The notes under the pieces were generated by a model, which was not told the origin of the DNA, searched no databases, and saw only the letters and a list, made by a program, of their open reading frames with translations. From NCBI GenBank assembly GCA_964016885.1, contig OZ024740.1:130076001-130140000 (forward strand): a stretch of DNA of 64,000 nucleotides, in the 5' to 3' direction. A program made the translations under genes and the position numbers. Shown here one piece after another: positions 13,131 through 27,201 of the stretch. How positions within the stretch are numbered: the stretch's first letter is position 1; every line of letters begins with the position of its first letter. This DNA is from Eledone cirrhosa. Taxonomy: Eukaryota.

Positions 13131-15734
13131 TAACTTAAGAAGATTAGTGAAATAAAAGGTTATATCATTAAATCTTTCGGCCTTCTCACTAAACATCAAG
13201 TAGTGAGGTATCATACTGATTCGAATACAAATGCCCTAAACATCAATTACCAATCTTCGTCTAGTATTAAAGTTTATTCTGTTTTATGTATGGAGTATAT
13301 TGTAATCTTTCTGGATACATATAACTGTGTGTGTCGATATTTGCTTGTGTCGCGATCCCCGCGTTAGAAATGTCATCAGTAACGTAGCTTCAATATTAAG
13401 TCAAACGTGAGCTATTGATAATCACATGACTTACGTGACTGCTGCCAGAAAAGAAAATGTGATGTGTAGTATCGAGAAATGAAACAAAGTTAAGTTTACA
13501 TAAACATATACAAGCGTAATAGGCCGATGTAAATTATCATAAACTAGATATTTGTTCTCGGTTGTATCATTCGAATGTTGCCATAGATGATTAAGGATAT
13601 ACGTAAAATATGAAAAAAAAAAAAAAAAAAAAAAGAAATATACACATTATACAATAGATAGAAAATTAAATCCAGTAAAATATCGTAGCGGCAAAAATGT
13701 AGAATACACTAAGGAATTTCATCTGAAAATGTGCAATAAAAATGCGGTAAGTATAGACGAAAAATTTTATAATCTAGCAATCGAGATAACGAAATGTACA
13801 TACAAAAATATTGATACATACAAACGAATAGACGGACACAGATACACACCCAAACGCACACACATGTATATATGTATATTATATTCAGTTATATGTATGT
13901 ATTATGTATGTAAATATGCGTGTGTGTATGTATGATGTATCCATGTAGGTTGCTAGGTAGGTGGGTTGGTATGTATGTATTCATTAGTCACTATATTTAT
14001 ACGCTCGATACAGACTACATTATTTTGTCAGTTTTATCTCATCAGCCACACGATCACGCTTCACAGTACTTAAACGCGTCGAAAGAAACATATATGACTA
14101 AATCCTCACTCACCCAACACCCACTGTGAAATTTCTTTACGCCACTCTCTCATTCTGTTTCCATATCTCTCCATTTCTGTTTTCCTTCGCCCTTTTCCCT
14201 TTTCACTATCACTCAAATCCTTCCACTTGTTTTTTTTTCTTATAATGCATCATTATACCTCAATGTTATCGACATTTCTTCGTCTGCTCTAAAACAACAA
14301 ATAAGCCGCGATACTCGTTGACATAATTCTGATACCTAGGGAGTGACTATAATTTTGTTTCGGCGTTGATTAGAAAATGCGAAATTACCACTGCTATTTT
14401 CTAGACCCATATTATTAGAACACAATTATGTTCGAGGTTATCGAAGCTGTTATGACAATGACATGATGTGTAGAATTAGCTTACTTAATATATTCCCTCA
14501 TACTTTAAAATTGTAAGCTTTGACATACAGAGGATTTGGTTGTTGTTTCGGCAATGTCGAGTCGATGATTATATAGACATGTTTACATGCGTACAGAGGA
14601 ACTGACAGAAGAATTGATTACAGTGTTACTTGTGTATTTCAGAAATGTATATATTTCATGATATAATACAAACATCTATCTAATTTATGCACACAGGGGA
14701 ATACCGAAAGCTGACTAGAAATATAATAGCATGAGTGCCACGGTTCATTCTATCTTGTTACTACAACAATATATCAATCTGACATTTCGCAAAACTTTAT
14801 TATATCCCCTACAAATATCAATATGTTTCCTTCATCCCAATCTCTTTGCAACATCTTTTTTTTAATAGATTTAGTATTGATATTTTGATCACACATACTT
14901 TCTAAATTTCACTACTTCTAGACTTACGGAAATTCTATTCTCTGCTCCCAACATATATTGTCACTATTTAATGACCTTAACACTCTCAGTTACAAAATAT
15001 GCATTAAGTGTCCTTCGCCGTTGCTGCTTTAGATATTCAAGCATTTCCCGTATCTGATCCATCGAATGAAATACGATTCAGCACCTCAAAGTAACCTGCA
15101 CTCAATTAAAATAAAGAATTTGAGTAAGAAAAGATTGGAATATATATACTACTTCTTCCAATTCCAATTGAATTTCAACAGGAAAAAATCCTGCATATGT
15201 CATTAATTGCTGTTGAAGTATGATCAAATATTTAAAGTTGAAATGAGAGTGCTACATTCAAAGTCGCAGTGTTGAACTTTAACCTGTTACACACACAAGT
15301 GCGAACGATGATCTAAATTATTAGACTTTCGACAAAGTGCGGCGTTACTTCCAACAATTTATATTCTGATTTTTAATCTTGTCGATTATATAAAGGACTA
15401 CTCAAGTAATGGATTTCTTCTATGATGATCTTTGCTGTCAAAAAGAAAGCATTTTCTTGTAAGTGAAAATATATTTTTCACTCGTTTGTTCCCTGAACAC
15501 ATCACAAATTGTTAGTATCAGTCTAGAATAGTAGCCAGCACTGTTTCAGGATTCGTTAATCTTTCATCACTGATATTTACTTCACTGGTACTGACATGGA
15601 GTCTATATATATTTTGTATCGGGGACGTTTTCTGGAATCTTTTTCAGTGACAGTACCAATTGACTGAACGTCCCTGATGAAAGGTTACCGCATCACCAAA
15701 TAGGGTTGTCTAGCATATTCGACTGTTACCGACA

Positions 15735-15912
15735 TAATTGTTTCTACTTTTGGCACAACCAGCAACCCACCAGTGCATTACTGGTACTATATTTTATCGA
15801 CCCCGTAAGGATGAAAGGCAAAGTTAACCCGGCGGGGTTTGAACTCAGAATGGCAAGGCCCGTAACTCTATGCGTCAAAGCATGGCATCCGACCCTCTAT
15901 CGATACTGCCAG
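15735..15912 (-). mobile_element. SINE copy
   Basis: Reverse complement of 6129-6335. Confidence 0.85.
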
Positions 15913-16274
15913 TGACGTATTCACAGGAGAAAAGAGAAACAAATATATTTATACACACGAGAATATATGTATCTCTATAGCGAGGCTACTATATGATTAT
16001 TATATATATAATATAGATTTTCATATACACCTCTATTATGCATAAACGATGACCAAGTCTTACCGCCTAGTTATATATAGATATATATATACATATATAT
16101 ATATATGCGGTAAGACTTGGATAACGTTTATGCATAATATATATATATATATATATATCAACATAAGCAGAACCAGTAAAATTCAACCAATTTTTCAAAA
16201 TAAATCAAAATTAATTTACAATTAAAATTAATCAAAATTAAAAAATATAATGTAAATATTTACCTATTCAAATA

Positions 16275-16355
16275 GCTTTTACTGTACAGTATCACTTTGC
16301 AAAACATTAGATATCACATGGATATTAATGGAAAAACAAAGATCATCAGAGAAGC
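16275..16355 (-). ncRNA. Decayed Type I hammerhead motif
   Basis: CTGATGA, stem II ctttg/caaag, GATA in place of GAAA, palindromic CTGTACAG, then TA. Confidence 0.6.
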
Positions 16356-16756
16356 ATTTTCCTTTCCTAGGGTTAAAAACCTCAGGAACGATAAAATATA
16401 TGACCTCGTCTCCAACTGACTTGTTCTGTTTATCTTGATATTAAGTTCTGGTATATCAAATTATTACCATAGAACCACCTTGAATCATAGACAACCTATG
16501 TATTTCTAGGGGTACCTTGTACCCTCAGATATATTAACTTTATTCATAATTCTCCGTTATGTAAAGAACAAATCTGTCGTTCTATCTAGCTGCTAATTTT
16601 TAGTGGCGACTATAGACAACAAGTCTACGATTTCCCGCCTTCACTTCACACCAGCGTACATACGGGTCACTTTTACGACCTTTAGACCTGTGTCAGTTGG
16701 AGAAGAGGTCATATATTTTATCGTTCCTGAGGTTTTTAACCCTAGGAAAGGAAAAT

Positions 16757-16837
16757 GCTTCTCTGGTGATCTTTGTTTTTCCATTAATATCCATGTGATA
16801 TCTAATGTTTTGCAAAGTAAAACTGTACAGTAAGGGC
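16757..16837 (+). ncRNA. Decayed Type I hammerhead motif (inverted twin of 16275-16355)
   Basis: CTGGTGA ... AAAA, CTGTACAG, TA. The consensus with its twin restores CTGATGA/GAAA. Confidence 0.55.
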
Positions 16838-17172
16838 CATTTGAATAGGTAAATATTTATATTATATTTTTTAATTTTGATTAATTTTAATTGTAAATTA
16901 ATTTTGATTTATTTTGAAAAATTGGTTTAATTTTACTTGTTCTGCTTATCTTGATATTAAGTTCTGGTATATCAAATTATTACCATAGAACCACCTTGAA
17001 TCATAGACAACCTATGTATTTCTGGGGATACCTTGTACCCTCAGATATATTAACTTTATTCATATATATATAGAGAGATATGTATATAACAAAGGAATTG
17101 TGGTAAGGAACCAGATGGACCATAACGCACCAGAGTACTCAATACTTAGGTTAGTAGAGTGGGAAATATGTG

Positions 17173-17275
17173 AAAAGTATGACCCCGACGGAAGGGCTCA
17201 AGCCGTTTCGACGGCTATTGCTGTCCACAAATAGCCGTCGAAAAGGCTTGAGCTCTGCCGTCGGGGTCATACTTT
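17173..17275. repeat. GC-rich inverted repeat, ~46-bp arms, ~10-nt loop
   Basis: aaagtatgaccccgacggaagggctcaagccgtttcgacggctatt pairs with aatagccgtcgaaaaggcttgagctctgccgtcggggtcatacttt. Confidence 0.9.
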
Positions 17276-17660
17276 GTCCTATATATATATATATATGAGT
17301 GTGTGTGTATGTGTGTGTATTTATGTAAAGGAAAGGCAGATTCTCCGCACGTAAAAGGCCATGGAAAGCAATGTTGAATCCTTTTGTAAGAGAGCTTATT
17401 TAATATAATTAAAATGTCATACACTTAACATATATGCGTGATCTAGTTATGCCCACCACTATATAGTCAAGAGCTGTTCTAAGGACGCCCACTCCTCTGG
17501 CACGAGGAATAATTTACAAGAAAAATGTTGAGCTCCTGAAACATGGTCTTATCTCATGGAGAGCTTTTATACAAGAACAATGGAGGCAATTCTAAAAACA
17601 AGATTTGAATACTAGCATAGTCGAAGCATGTATATGTGCATGACTTAAGTTATTAGTTAA

Positions 17661-17776
<116 letters not shown>

Positions 17777-18599
17777 AACATGCGCATGATTTGAGTGGTA
17801 AATCAATTTTTCAAAAATCTTAAAATCCTCAAAGGAATTCCTTACAAACGGAAATCGTTGTCAGTTCGTCATTAAAGTACCAAGGGAGATAATTCTCAGT
17901 GGGAAATATGTATAAGTCTATGTGAGTGACGTAGTATGTACGTTATTCTGCAAATATTTAAATTGCTTCAAAGTGCTTCCGAAAATGTAAAGTCTGAACA
18001 TGGAAGGAAGAAAGAAATACCTAGTGAAACAAATTTAGGATTTTGAAATGATTGTAGCCACAGAACAAATATCTAAACTCCAAGCTTGAAGTCCTGAGGC
18101 ATTGTTTGTATCGGAAAAACTGTCTTCTGTTCAACTGGTAGCGCACACCACAATTTACCTCCTCGACAGATTTACGACAGAATAACGTACACACTAAGTA
18201 TCACACATACACATATAAATATTTCCCATTGACAATGATCTACTTTTTAGGACCATCGGACACCGATTTCGGATTTTAATGAACTCCTTTTAAGATATTT
18301 AATATATTGTAAATACAACTCATGTAACGCGCTTATTACACATACTCACAGATTAACTTATAAATTAAGTTATGCCAATATTGCAGATACTAACGTTTCA
18401 AATAATCTACGCCCTAGCATTCGAATCTTGTTTTGAGAATTGCCTGCCTTGTTCGTGGAAAATAGTTCTCCGCGGAATAAAACAGTATTTCGTAAGGTAA
18501 CGGTTGTTTCTTGTAATTCTGTCCTAGGCCCCGATGATTGACCAGTATTTGAAAGGCTTCTCCAAAACACAGTGGTAGCCGCAGTTGAACCCTGAAACC

Positions 18600-19900
18600 T
18601 ACAATCGCGCATACATGTCAGGTGTAGGATAATTGTAATAATACTGTCTCTAGCTCTCTTTGTACAATGGACGAGAATATCACGGATATTACTGGTCCGC
18701 TTAAAAGTGGTGATGAGTGTGTCGAGAAAGAAACTAGAAATTACGTGTGCAGAAAGTAGGCTTCAGATGCAAAGGAGAATAAAGTAGAACGATTGTAAGT
18801 GGAAGGACAGGTTGTGAGCATTAAGGAGACGGTCACTTAGTGAGATAGCTGGGATGCCATTAGATTTCGCGGGCAAGTAAGAGTGAAGCTTGGATCGAGT
18901 GTGATGGGATACTCACGCTGGATAAAGCGATATGTAATGTGTTGATTCTAAAATTCATAGCTTGGATGCTGAGCTGACGAGGGAGGGAAACATTGGGAAT
19001 AGGCTATATAATGTTTCATGTGAGTGGGTTATGAGGAGGTGATGCTAGACAGTAATGGATATTACTGGATTTGTATAAAGTGGTTGTAAAGACTTACTGT
19101 GAGAGTTTTCAATAGATAGATATATATCAACAAATTTGACGAAAGAGATGGACATGGAGTCGCTGAAATGAAATGGGGAATGTCGGGTTTGAACAAAAGA
19201 AGGAAAATATTCAAGTTTTTTCCCGGGGTTGATACCGATAATGTATAGCACCGTGATAGGTCGATTTTATTGGGACAAGAATTAGCCAGGACGTAGCCAA
19301 CATTAAGGTTGGCGGAGTTGGAGTGAATTTTGACTCCACCAGAGCTCTGCTGGGAGAACTCTCTGATAAATGAAAATAGTTTATAGTAGGACAAGAGGAG
19401 GAATCGGGAGAAGAGTCGGAGTACTGGCGTGTAGTGTGCGGCAAAAAAATTAGGAAGTGTTTTAGACGTGGAGATTGTCATCATAAGGGAAGAGAGAGGT
19501 GAAATATGAGACTAAGAGCAGGCAAGATGAGACAGAAATAGAGAATAAAACGTTAGAGGGCATATTTAGTGCTGTTAAAGTGTGTGTAGGGAGGGATTGA
19601 GGTCTGTATGCCCTACAAAACCAAAACGTCACTTTTATCGGTGGGTTTAATTCATTTGGGAACACGTGCCCTGCGGAGAGCGTGGATTTAATCCCGAGTT
19701 CGGATCGTGGGAAGAGATTGTTTGCCGAAATTGTGGTCGTTCAAAATGCAGTGACCGGTATCTAGGAAGGAGTCGAGTTTCGTGATCTGGCCGAGATTGC
19801 GTCCAACGTTATGGGCGGAGGCCGAGATAAATGGTGTGCTATGTGGGAAGTTGTGGACTTTGAAATGACTAAAATACTTCCAAAATCTGTATGTATTTGA
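18600..19900 (-). mobile_element. Highly decayed PLE reverse transcriptase
   Basis: In minus-strand order: ANLNVGY (ANLFxG-like), VKFVDIYL (FLD-like), LYTNP (YxKPT-like), IAYSQ (IPYSQ-like) and FIQREYP (RGYP-like). Boundaries are approximate. Confidence 0.65.
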
Positions 19901-20941
19901 AAAACATCGTAGGGGGATGTGATGTGTATCACAGGTAAAGGTTACCTGAACTAGGGTTATAACATTCTTGAGGATGTGTGAAGGTTTGAGAGTAATGGTG
20001 GGTGCATTTTGGTTGGGGTGGGTATGTGTACTGGTGCGAAATCTGGTGTTGACAGAGGTGAAGGCGTTTGAGTCTAGTTTGTGACAGCTGGCGGATGTAA
20101 AGAAATTGAAGTTGACTACCTTGATGTTGAGAGTAATTGAACCTATAGGGTATACATTATCATACACTCTCACATTTACCCATAGACACTCATCTCTACT
20201 CTGGACACTTTCTGAAAATAGCCCAGCTTTGAAAACGATAAAAAATCAGAAACACAGAAGAAATGTTACACACCTAACAGCACACATAAAACTCGTGGAT
20301 TCTTCCCGTATGCTTCGATTCAAATCATGGATTATAAGGGACACGTATACAGAAAGTAGTGCGTGCTTACGAATACACACGCATAATCTCACAAAGGTGT
20401 ACATATATGCAGACAAAAATGTAAAAATAATTCACAGAGACCTGTAATCAAAATTGTATCATGGGCACACAAATAAATGCATATAGATTTCACAGACACA
20501 CCCGTATGTATACACGCAAAATCGAACAGAAACATACATACACAGCCATGCAAAAGCATATACAAACACAGTCACATGCACACACCTAGTCGAGTACACA
20601 TGTAGATGCGTACACACAGGTACACAAAAGAATATACATAAAATTTCAGACACACTTACATAAAAACAGACGCATACTTCCATCGACGATAGACAATCAG
20701 AAACACAGAAGAAATGATACACACCTAACAGCACACATAAAACACCTGGATTCTTACTTTAGCTCCTAACCCCACACGCCAGACTACTCACCCCTGCTCC
20801 TTAGCCATTTTTTTCTTTTCATTCCAATCTAAGTTGTTACACCCAACACCTTTCTCTCTCTCCGGACTTCGCTATTTCATGAAGATGGGCTTCTGTTAGA
20901 TACTTTGAGACCCCCGTTTATTTCTTCACCAGCGTAAACTT

Positions 20942-21050
20942 AATAATTGTTTCTACTTTTGACACAAGGCCAGCAATAACCCAGTTCATTACTGGTACTC
21001 TATGTTATCGACCCCGTAAGGATGAAAGGCAAAGTTAACCTCGGCGGGAT
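20942..21050 (-). mobile_element. 5'-truncated SINE copy
   Basis: Reverse complement of the SINE core and tail. Confidence 0.82.
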
Positions 21051-21181
21051 TAATAATACATCGTGTCTTTGCATCTCTATGGACGTCTTCTTTATTCTTG
21101 AACTACACTCATACACACAAACATGCACACAAATATACACACATGCATACGCTCAAACACATATAAATAAATAAACAATTA

Positions 21182-21450
<269 letters not shown>

Positions 21451-21979
21451 CTGTATGTGTGTATACCTTATATGTTTACCACAATATTACACATTTTGAT
21501 AAACAATACACTTTTTCTTTGAGCTTTTTTTAATAAAAATCGGAATTGCGGAAGAAGTGTATTTCTTCATTTAACTAGTTAGCTGAAAATATTTCGTACA
21601 TGTGTTTAATGTATGATCTGAATGCGAGTGAGGCATTAAAATGGGCCATAAATATACAAATAGTATGGCTTTTATATAACACATAATACATGGTAGATTA
21701 ATCTGTTCTCGTTGAATATTCATGTTTTCAAAGAATTTAAAAATCTGAAATTCTTCCAGCAGCGGTCGTTTGGCAAATCTCCTTAAATGTTAGGTTATGA
21801 ATTGGGAAATAGGCCAATATGTGATTTCTGAAATAGTTATTTTCAGCCAAGAATATAGCTAACTGAATCGAATATTAAAGTTTTGGGAACAATGGTGGAA
21901 TTTTCATCATTTTTGACGTTAAAATATCTAAACGAATGTAAATGCACTGCGTGTAACAAAATACGTATATTCACAGACA

Positions 21980-22189
<210 letters not shown>

Positions 22190-22444
22190 AAAGTCAGCTC
22201 AAAAGTGACACAGAGGAGATGGAGGTTAGCTGGACATGCTCACCGACATCCAAAGTTGACATTGCACTCAGTGCTCCTGTGGGAGCCCCTACATGGACAA
22301 ACTGGAAAAGGAAAACCAACGTTAAAGTATGTTGATGCCCTAAGGACAGACACTGGTCTGTTGGAGACGCAGGACATGGCAGCGATAGTGAGGGTCAGAG
22401 ACCGCTGGAGAGAACTCGTCCATGGATCTCGGGAATGTTACCCG

Positions 22445-22448
<4 letters not shown>
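22190..22448 (+). mobile_element. 3' fragment of an RTE-like LINE within (TA)n
   Basis: [12 protein letters not shown]...LLWEP.HG...GKP...YVDAL..DTG...RDRWRE is a typical RTE-group C-terminus. Confidence 0.7.
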
Positions 22449-22489
<41 letters not shown>

Positions 22490-22496
<7 letters not shown>

Positions 22497-23278
22497 ATAT
22501 ATATGTGATGAAACACAGATACCAACACATCTGTATATATATTGCAAAAGAAATGCAGTTCGTCTTTGTTGATTTAATTTAAATCGATATGGACAAACTG
22601 TAGTATAATAATTAGTATACTTCAATCTGGCTAAATTTTCTTTTGCAATATATATACAGATGTGTTGGTATCTGTGTTTCATCACATATATATTAGTTTA
22701 TACACGGCTCAGGGGTATTTTCCTCCTTCGAGCTAATTCCATTGTAAAAGAATTCATTACCTTATTAATATAACTGCTCCTAGTCTGAGCTGAAAGCCGC
22801 CTCATATATACGACTGTTATTTCTAGCAGTACGGTTATGAGTCTAGCTAGATACTGTTAAACCATGTGCGTCACACAGTCTTTTAAATTATTTAGAAGTG
22901 AAGCATATCAATTTGTCCCTGGATGTTTACTGAGGAGAGCAGGACATGATATTCCTACACTTATTTAGCTCGAAACATATTTGGATTTTAAAGTTTAAAC
23001 ATATCTACGTAACAGGTTTGATTTTGAAATTTAAATGTGTCTAAACATCATAGCCTTTTGGCAATGCAGTTCGTCTTTGTTGATTTATTATTTTAAATCG
23101 ATATGGACAAACTGTAGTATAATAATTAGTATACTACAATCTGGCTAAATTTTCTTTTGCAATATATATACAGATGTGTTGGTATCTGTGTTTCATCCCA
23201 TATATATTAGTTTATACACTGCTCAGGGGTATTTTCCTCCTTCGAGCAAATTCCATTGTAAAAGAATTCATTACCTTA

Positions 23279-23283
<5 letters not shown>
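22490..23283. mobile_element. PLE-type repeat: direct repeats plus short inverted copy, with an internal HHR-like motif
   Basis: ~22553-22770 is repeated at ~23063-23283. 22490-22553 is the reverse complement of ~22637-22700. (TA)n on both sides. Confidence 0.65.
22926..22985 (+). ncRNA. Hammerhead-like motif (core intact, stems I and III eroded)
   Basis: CTGAGGA, GAGC...GCTC, GAAA. Confidence 0.5.
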
Positions 23284-23344
<61 letters not shown>

Positions 23345-24781
23345 TGTGTTTGTGTGTGCGTGTGTATGAACCCATGTGTGTGTGTTTCTATGCACATAAC
23401 ACCGTATGTTACTTTAATCTGAAAGTAAATATATTCAGATTATACATAATAAAATCCTTGTCGAAGGAAGGATATCCTACGTTTCCAAATTGACTTCTTA
23501 AATCTAATACAATTATAAGGTTCAACAATCATGAAAACACGTTTCAAAATAAATTGAAGTTGCATCGCCTCCCTTTAACAATTCACTTACATTCAGACGT
23601 TCCAGACAAACAGGAAACAAAGAGCAAGTTATAAGCCTCAGTATTCCCACCACATATCCATGAACATAGCCTGGTGAACGTTTTACTTTTTATGAAAGTA
23701 TTTTCCCAAAACACTCCCATACTACAAAATTGTAACAGAAATACATTCAGGGTAAATATAGCTGCTTTAAGAGTATAGGACAAGACATCTTGAATCAAAA
23801 CAAAGAATACATATTGATAGTACGCTTCCGATGCTTAGTTTTCTAACTCCATAGCTAGATGTCGCTGCCCCTATTGTCAGACAGGTCTTTTCTTTTAGTT
23901 TGTATACAGAAAAGACGAATTATTGAAAAATATCGGTCTGATTGAAAATACTTTCACAATCCGCATACTTTAAAAAATATGCGAACAACATTTTTATCTT
24001 TATATATCATGCAATTGAAAGACAATGACATCACAACTTTTATCATTAAACTGTGTATTGTGGCAAAATCGAAATCCAAATATGTAACAGGTGCGTGATG
24101 TAATTTATGCACCACATAAAAACTAAATAAGCTTCGTCAATCTAACAAGAATTTAAACCGAGGGACAGAAACGCTCTTGCTCTGTCTGCAGGCAATGAAT
24201 ATCAGCATATGTTGCTTCAAGAGTATCCATGCTCTGGACAACTTGATGTTCAAGGAGTACTCTGCGGATAACAATGTTTACAGTATTGTACATATAGCTG
24301 AAGACATAAGTACCAACACATTCATCGACACAACCATTTACACCCAATCTATACATATAGATATCCACTCAGGTTAGGAGAATTACACCATACTACTGCT
24401 TCTAGATTCTACATATCGTGATCTAGTACCAATTCCTTAGGTTCGTGGGTTGTGTATAACCCAGACTTTTACACAACACCACTTTCTGATTTTTATATTT
24501 AATTTTTCATTTTTTTCCAAATTGTCCTTATTTTTATCTTATTCCCGAATTTACACTGCTCTCATCATTTCTTCATTTCCTTAAATTCTGATTAATTATT
24601 TTCCTAACCCTCACCTCATCCAAATATTTTACCTATATCGTCTTTGATTATTGAACACCCAGTTCATACGTACTAAGGCAAATATACAATCAATATATTT
24701 CTTATTGCATATTTTATATATTATATTTTATTCTATATTATATTATAATATACATAATATATTATATTTCATTGTATTATA

Positions 24782-25793
24782 TCTCTCGTTATATAAAATC
24801 TGTTGTCTCTATTCCTGCCAGTCTGTCTGTGCGGCTGTTCCTATGCATTCTCTAACGATAATTTGACCAGTTCAAATCAAATTTTAAAAGTATTAGGCCC
24901 TGGTAGTGTCAAGATGCAATTTTTATTTTCATTTGGATTAATTCAATATAAGATTTCATCTAAAATAATAGTTTTATAGTCAACTATAGTAAACCACGAC
25001 CACGACGACGACACATTTTGTATATGAGTGTATATTTGTCTGAGAGTGTGTGTGTGTTTGTGAGTTCGTTATGCATGTTAGGCCTCATAGAATTAAACAC
25101 ACACATCTACACATACATACACATAATGTGTGTGAGTGTAGGTGAGAGTGTAAACGTCACATTCTATATCTGTATGTGTCTGTCTTAGTGTATGTATATG
25201 TTAGAGTGTATGTGTGTGTGAGTGTATGTGTGTTGACTGACATAACGATAGTTTCTTTAGTCAACTATAGAAAACCACCTCCACCACCAGGAGAACGTTA
25301 CATTTTGTATATGAGTGAGCACAGACAATTAAACACACACACGCGCACGCACACACATACACACACATAAACACACACACACATCTACACACACATCTAC
25401 AGACAGGTGAATGTCGGTGTGTGTCTGTGAATGTATGTGAGACTGTATGTGTGTGCCAATGTATGTGTGTGATTGTGTTTGATTATTTTTATTTTCATTT
25501 TCATTCAAACAATAGGACGTCACATTTATTATATGAACATGTATGTGTTTGTTTTTGTGCGTTTATTAGATACACAAACATGAATTACAAAATGAATATT
25601 GCTTACACTAAGGTGCTTCAAGATTGATAGAGTTTCATTTCAAAATTCTGTTATCATTACAATTTTGATATTTTATTTTTTGTAAAATTTTGAAATAATT
25701 ATAGGCAAAAAAAACAAACTTACCTTCATATTTATTGTTTATGATATGAATAAGAACAGCAGTAACCCGGGCAACGCCGGGTAAATCAGCTAG
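24782..25793 (+). mobile_element. Non-autonomous Helitron
   Basis: 5' A|TC terminus, 3' hairpin ACCCGGGCAACGCCGGGT followed shortly by CTAG|T, no target site duplication, internal microsatellites. Confidence 0.85.
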
Positions 25794-26599
25794 TTATATT
25801 GTATTATATTATTTTATATCATATTTCCATATTCCCATATTTCTCTAAAATCTACCATCACACTTACCAATCCATTATGTCATCACTATAATCTCACTGA
25901 TTTCAACTTCATCATCATCATCATCACAAACACCACGACCATCGTCATCATCTTCATCATCATCACCATCATCCGAAACTATAGACGTTTCACTGTTTCC
26001 GATCATCAAGTACAAAAGCAAAATCAAATCACACTTATTATGTCACACTTTACTTATTTTTCTTAGAGTTTCCATACATGTCACCATCCTTGAGTCTCCC
26101 CCTATTTTTATTAGACCTCTCAGAATTGTTAGACATGTCCCATGATCCTGCGAGTTCGCAGGTGAAGACTGTATAACACTTAGCCATTAAATTAATATTT
26201 ACATCTATTTCAGAATTGCTCACTTTTTCTCACGTCCATCAATAATATCGTCTTATTCGGGAAACCTCTGGTAATGAGGTAATTATATTGTATTGTTTAT
26301 TATACATTAAATTTTGCTCTGGTACGTACATAGAGCACTCTTCACTCATATGACTTTTTCAATTTTCAACGGAAACTTCAATACTTATATATATATATAT
26401 AATTAGGTATAGGATTATCCAAGATGTAGTAATGGTTAATTACTACACTGGATATGGTTGACGTACGGTAAGAGGTTACTCTACGAGTTATGGAAGAATT
26501 GTTGAAGAAACTTAGTTCCTGATCCTTCTGTATTCCGGAGTGTATATAAAAGAATGAATAATAACAGGTAGACATCATAAAAAGGTAATTTATTCCGTG

Positions 26600-26711
26600 T
26601 GCTTACAAATGTTTCAACGGTGGTACTACAGCCTAGTTATGCTATGTGCAAATTTACAAGTATTTGCAGAACTCAAATATCCAATGCTGTGACCACTGTA
26701 TCCTCAGAGCA
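26600..26711 (-). ncRNA. Type I hammerhead ribozyme with extended stem II
   Basis: TGCT, CTGAGGA, tacagtggt...accaccgtt, GAAA, catttg, TA, AGCA. It lies on the sense strand of the PLE, downstream of the ORF. Confidence 0.8.
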
Positions 26712-27201
26712 GAATGGTAAAATGTACAATGTAAATACCCTTAAGAGGGGTTGTTGGGGAAGATAGAGTAGAAAAGGAAGAGAGAAAAGTAGAGGAGAGG
26801 GAGAGAGAGAGAAAGATATGCAAGGGCTGGAGAAGTAGGAGAGAGTGGTTTGTAGATATCTTAATCAAAATGTTATGGTAGGGGTTTTATTATACTGGTT
26901 ACTTTTAGAGAGACGCGTTGATAGTTAAGGTCGGAATTATTTATTGCCCCAGAGGGCAGGTTCATAGATGTGGAGAGGGAGGTAGGCCAAAGGCGAGAGA
27001 GAGTGAGTGTAATGGATGTAGAGTGAGAGGTGGAGTGGGTTCAGACGAAGTTTATGTGGTTAGTGAACTTTGGGTTTGTAGTAGTAATCTACGAATTGCA
27101 CTGGGTTACCATTTATAGTGATAAGCAGTGTATTGTCTTGTAGTGTGGGGGAAGAGAAGGTGGTTAGCTAGAAAGCGATGTTATAGTTACGGGTTCGAAT
27201 G

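Larger units (their letters stand above)
16161..17063. mobile_element. PLE-type terminal-repeat remnant with inverted and direct duplications
   Basis: 16161-16419 is the reverse complement of ~16692-16950. 16420-16547 is directly repeated at ~16937-17063. Flanked by (TA)n, and each inverted arm carries a decayed HHR. Confidence 0.7.

Noticed and set aside
15672-15705. CTGATGA followed by ggt...acc, a possible HHR
   Set aside because: The G of GAAA and stem III are missing, so it is too degenerate to call.
16495-16532. Minus-strand CTGAGGG...GAAA hairpin as an HHR
   Set aside because: The core is not CUGANGA and the stems do not fit the topology.
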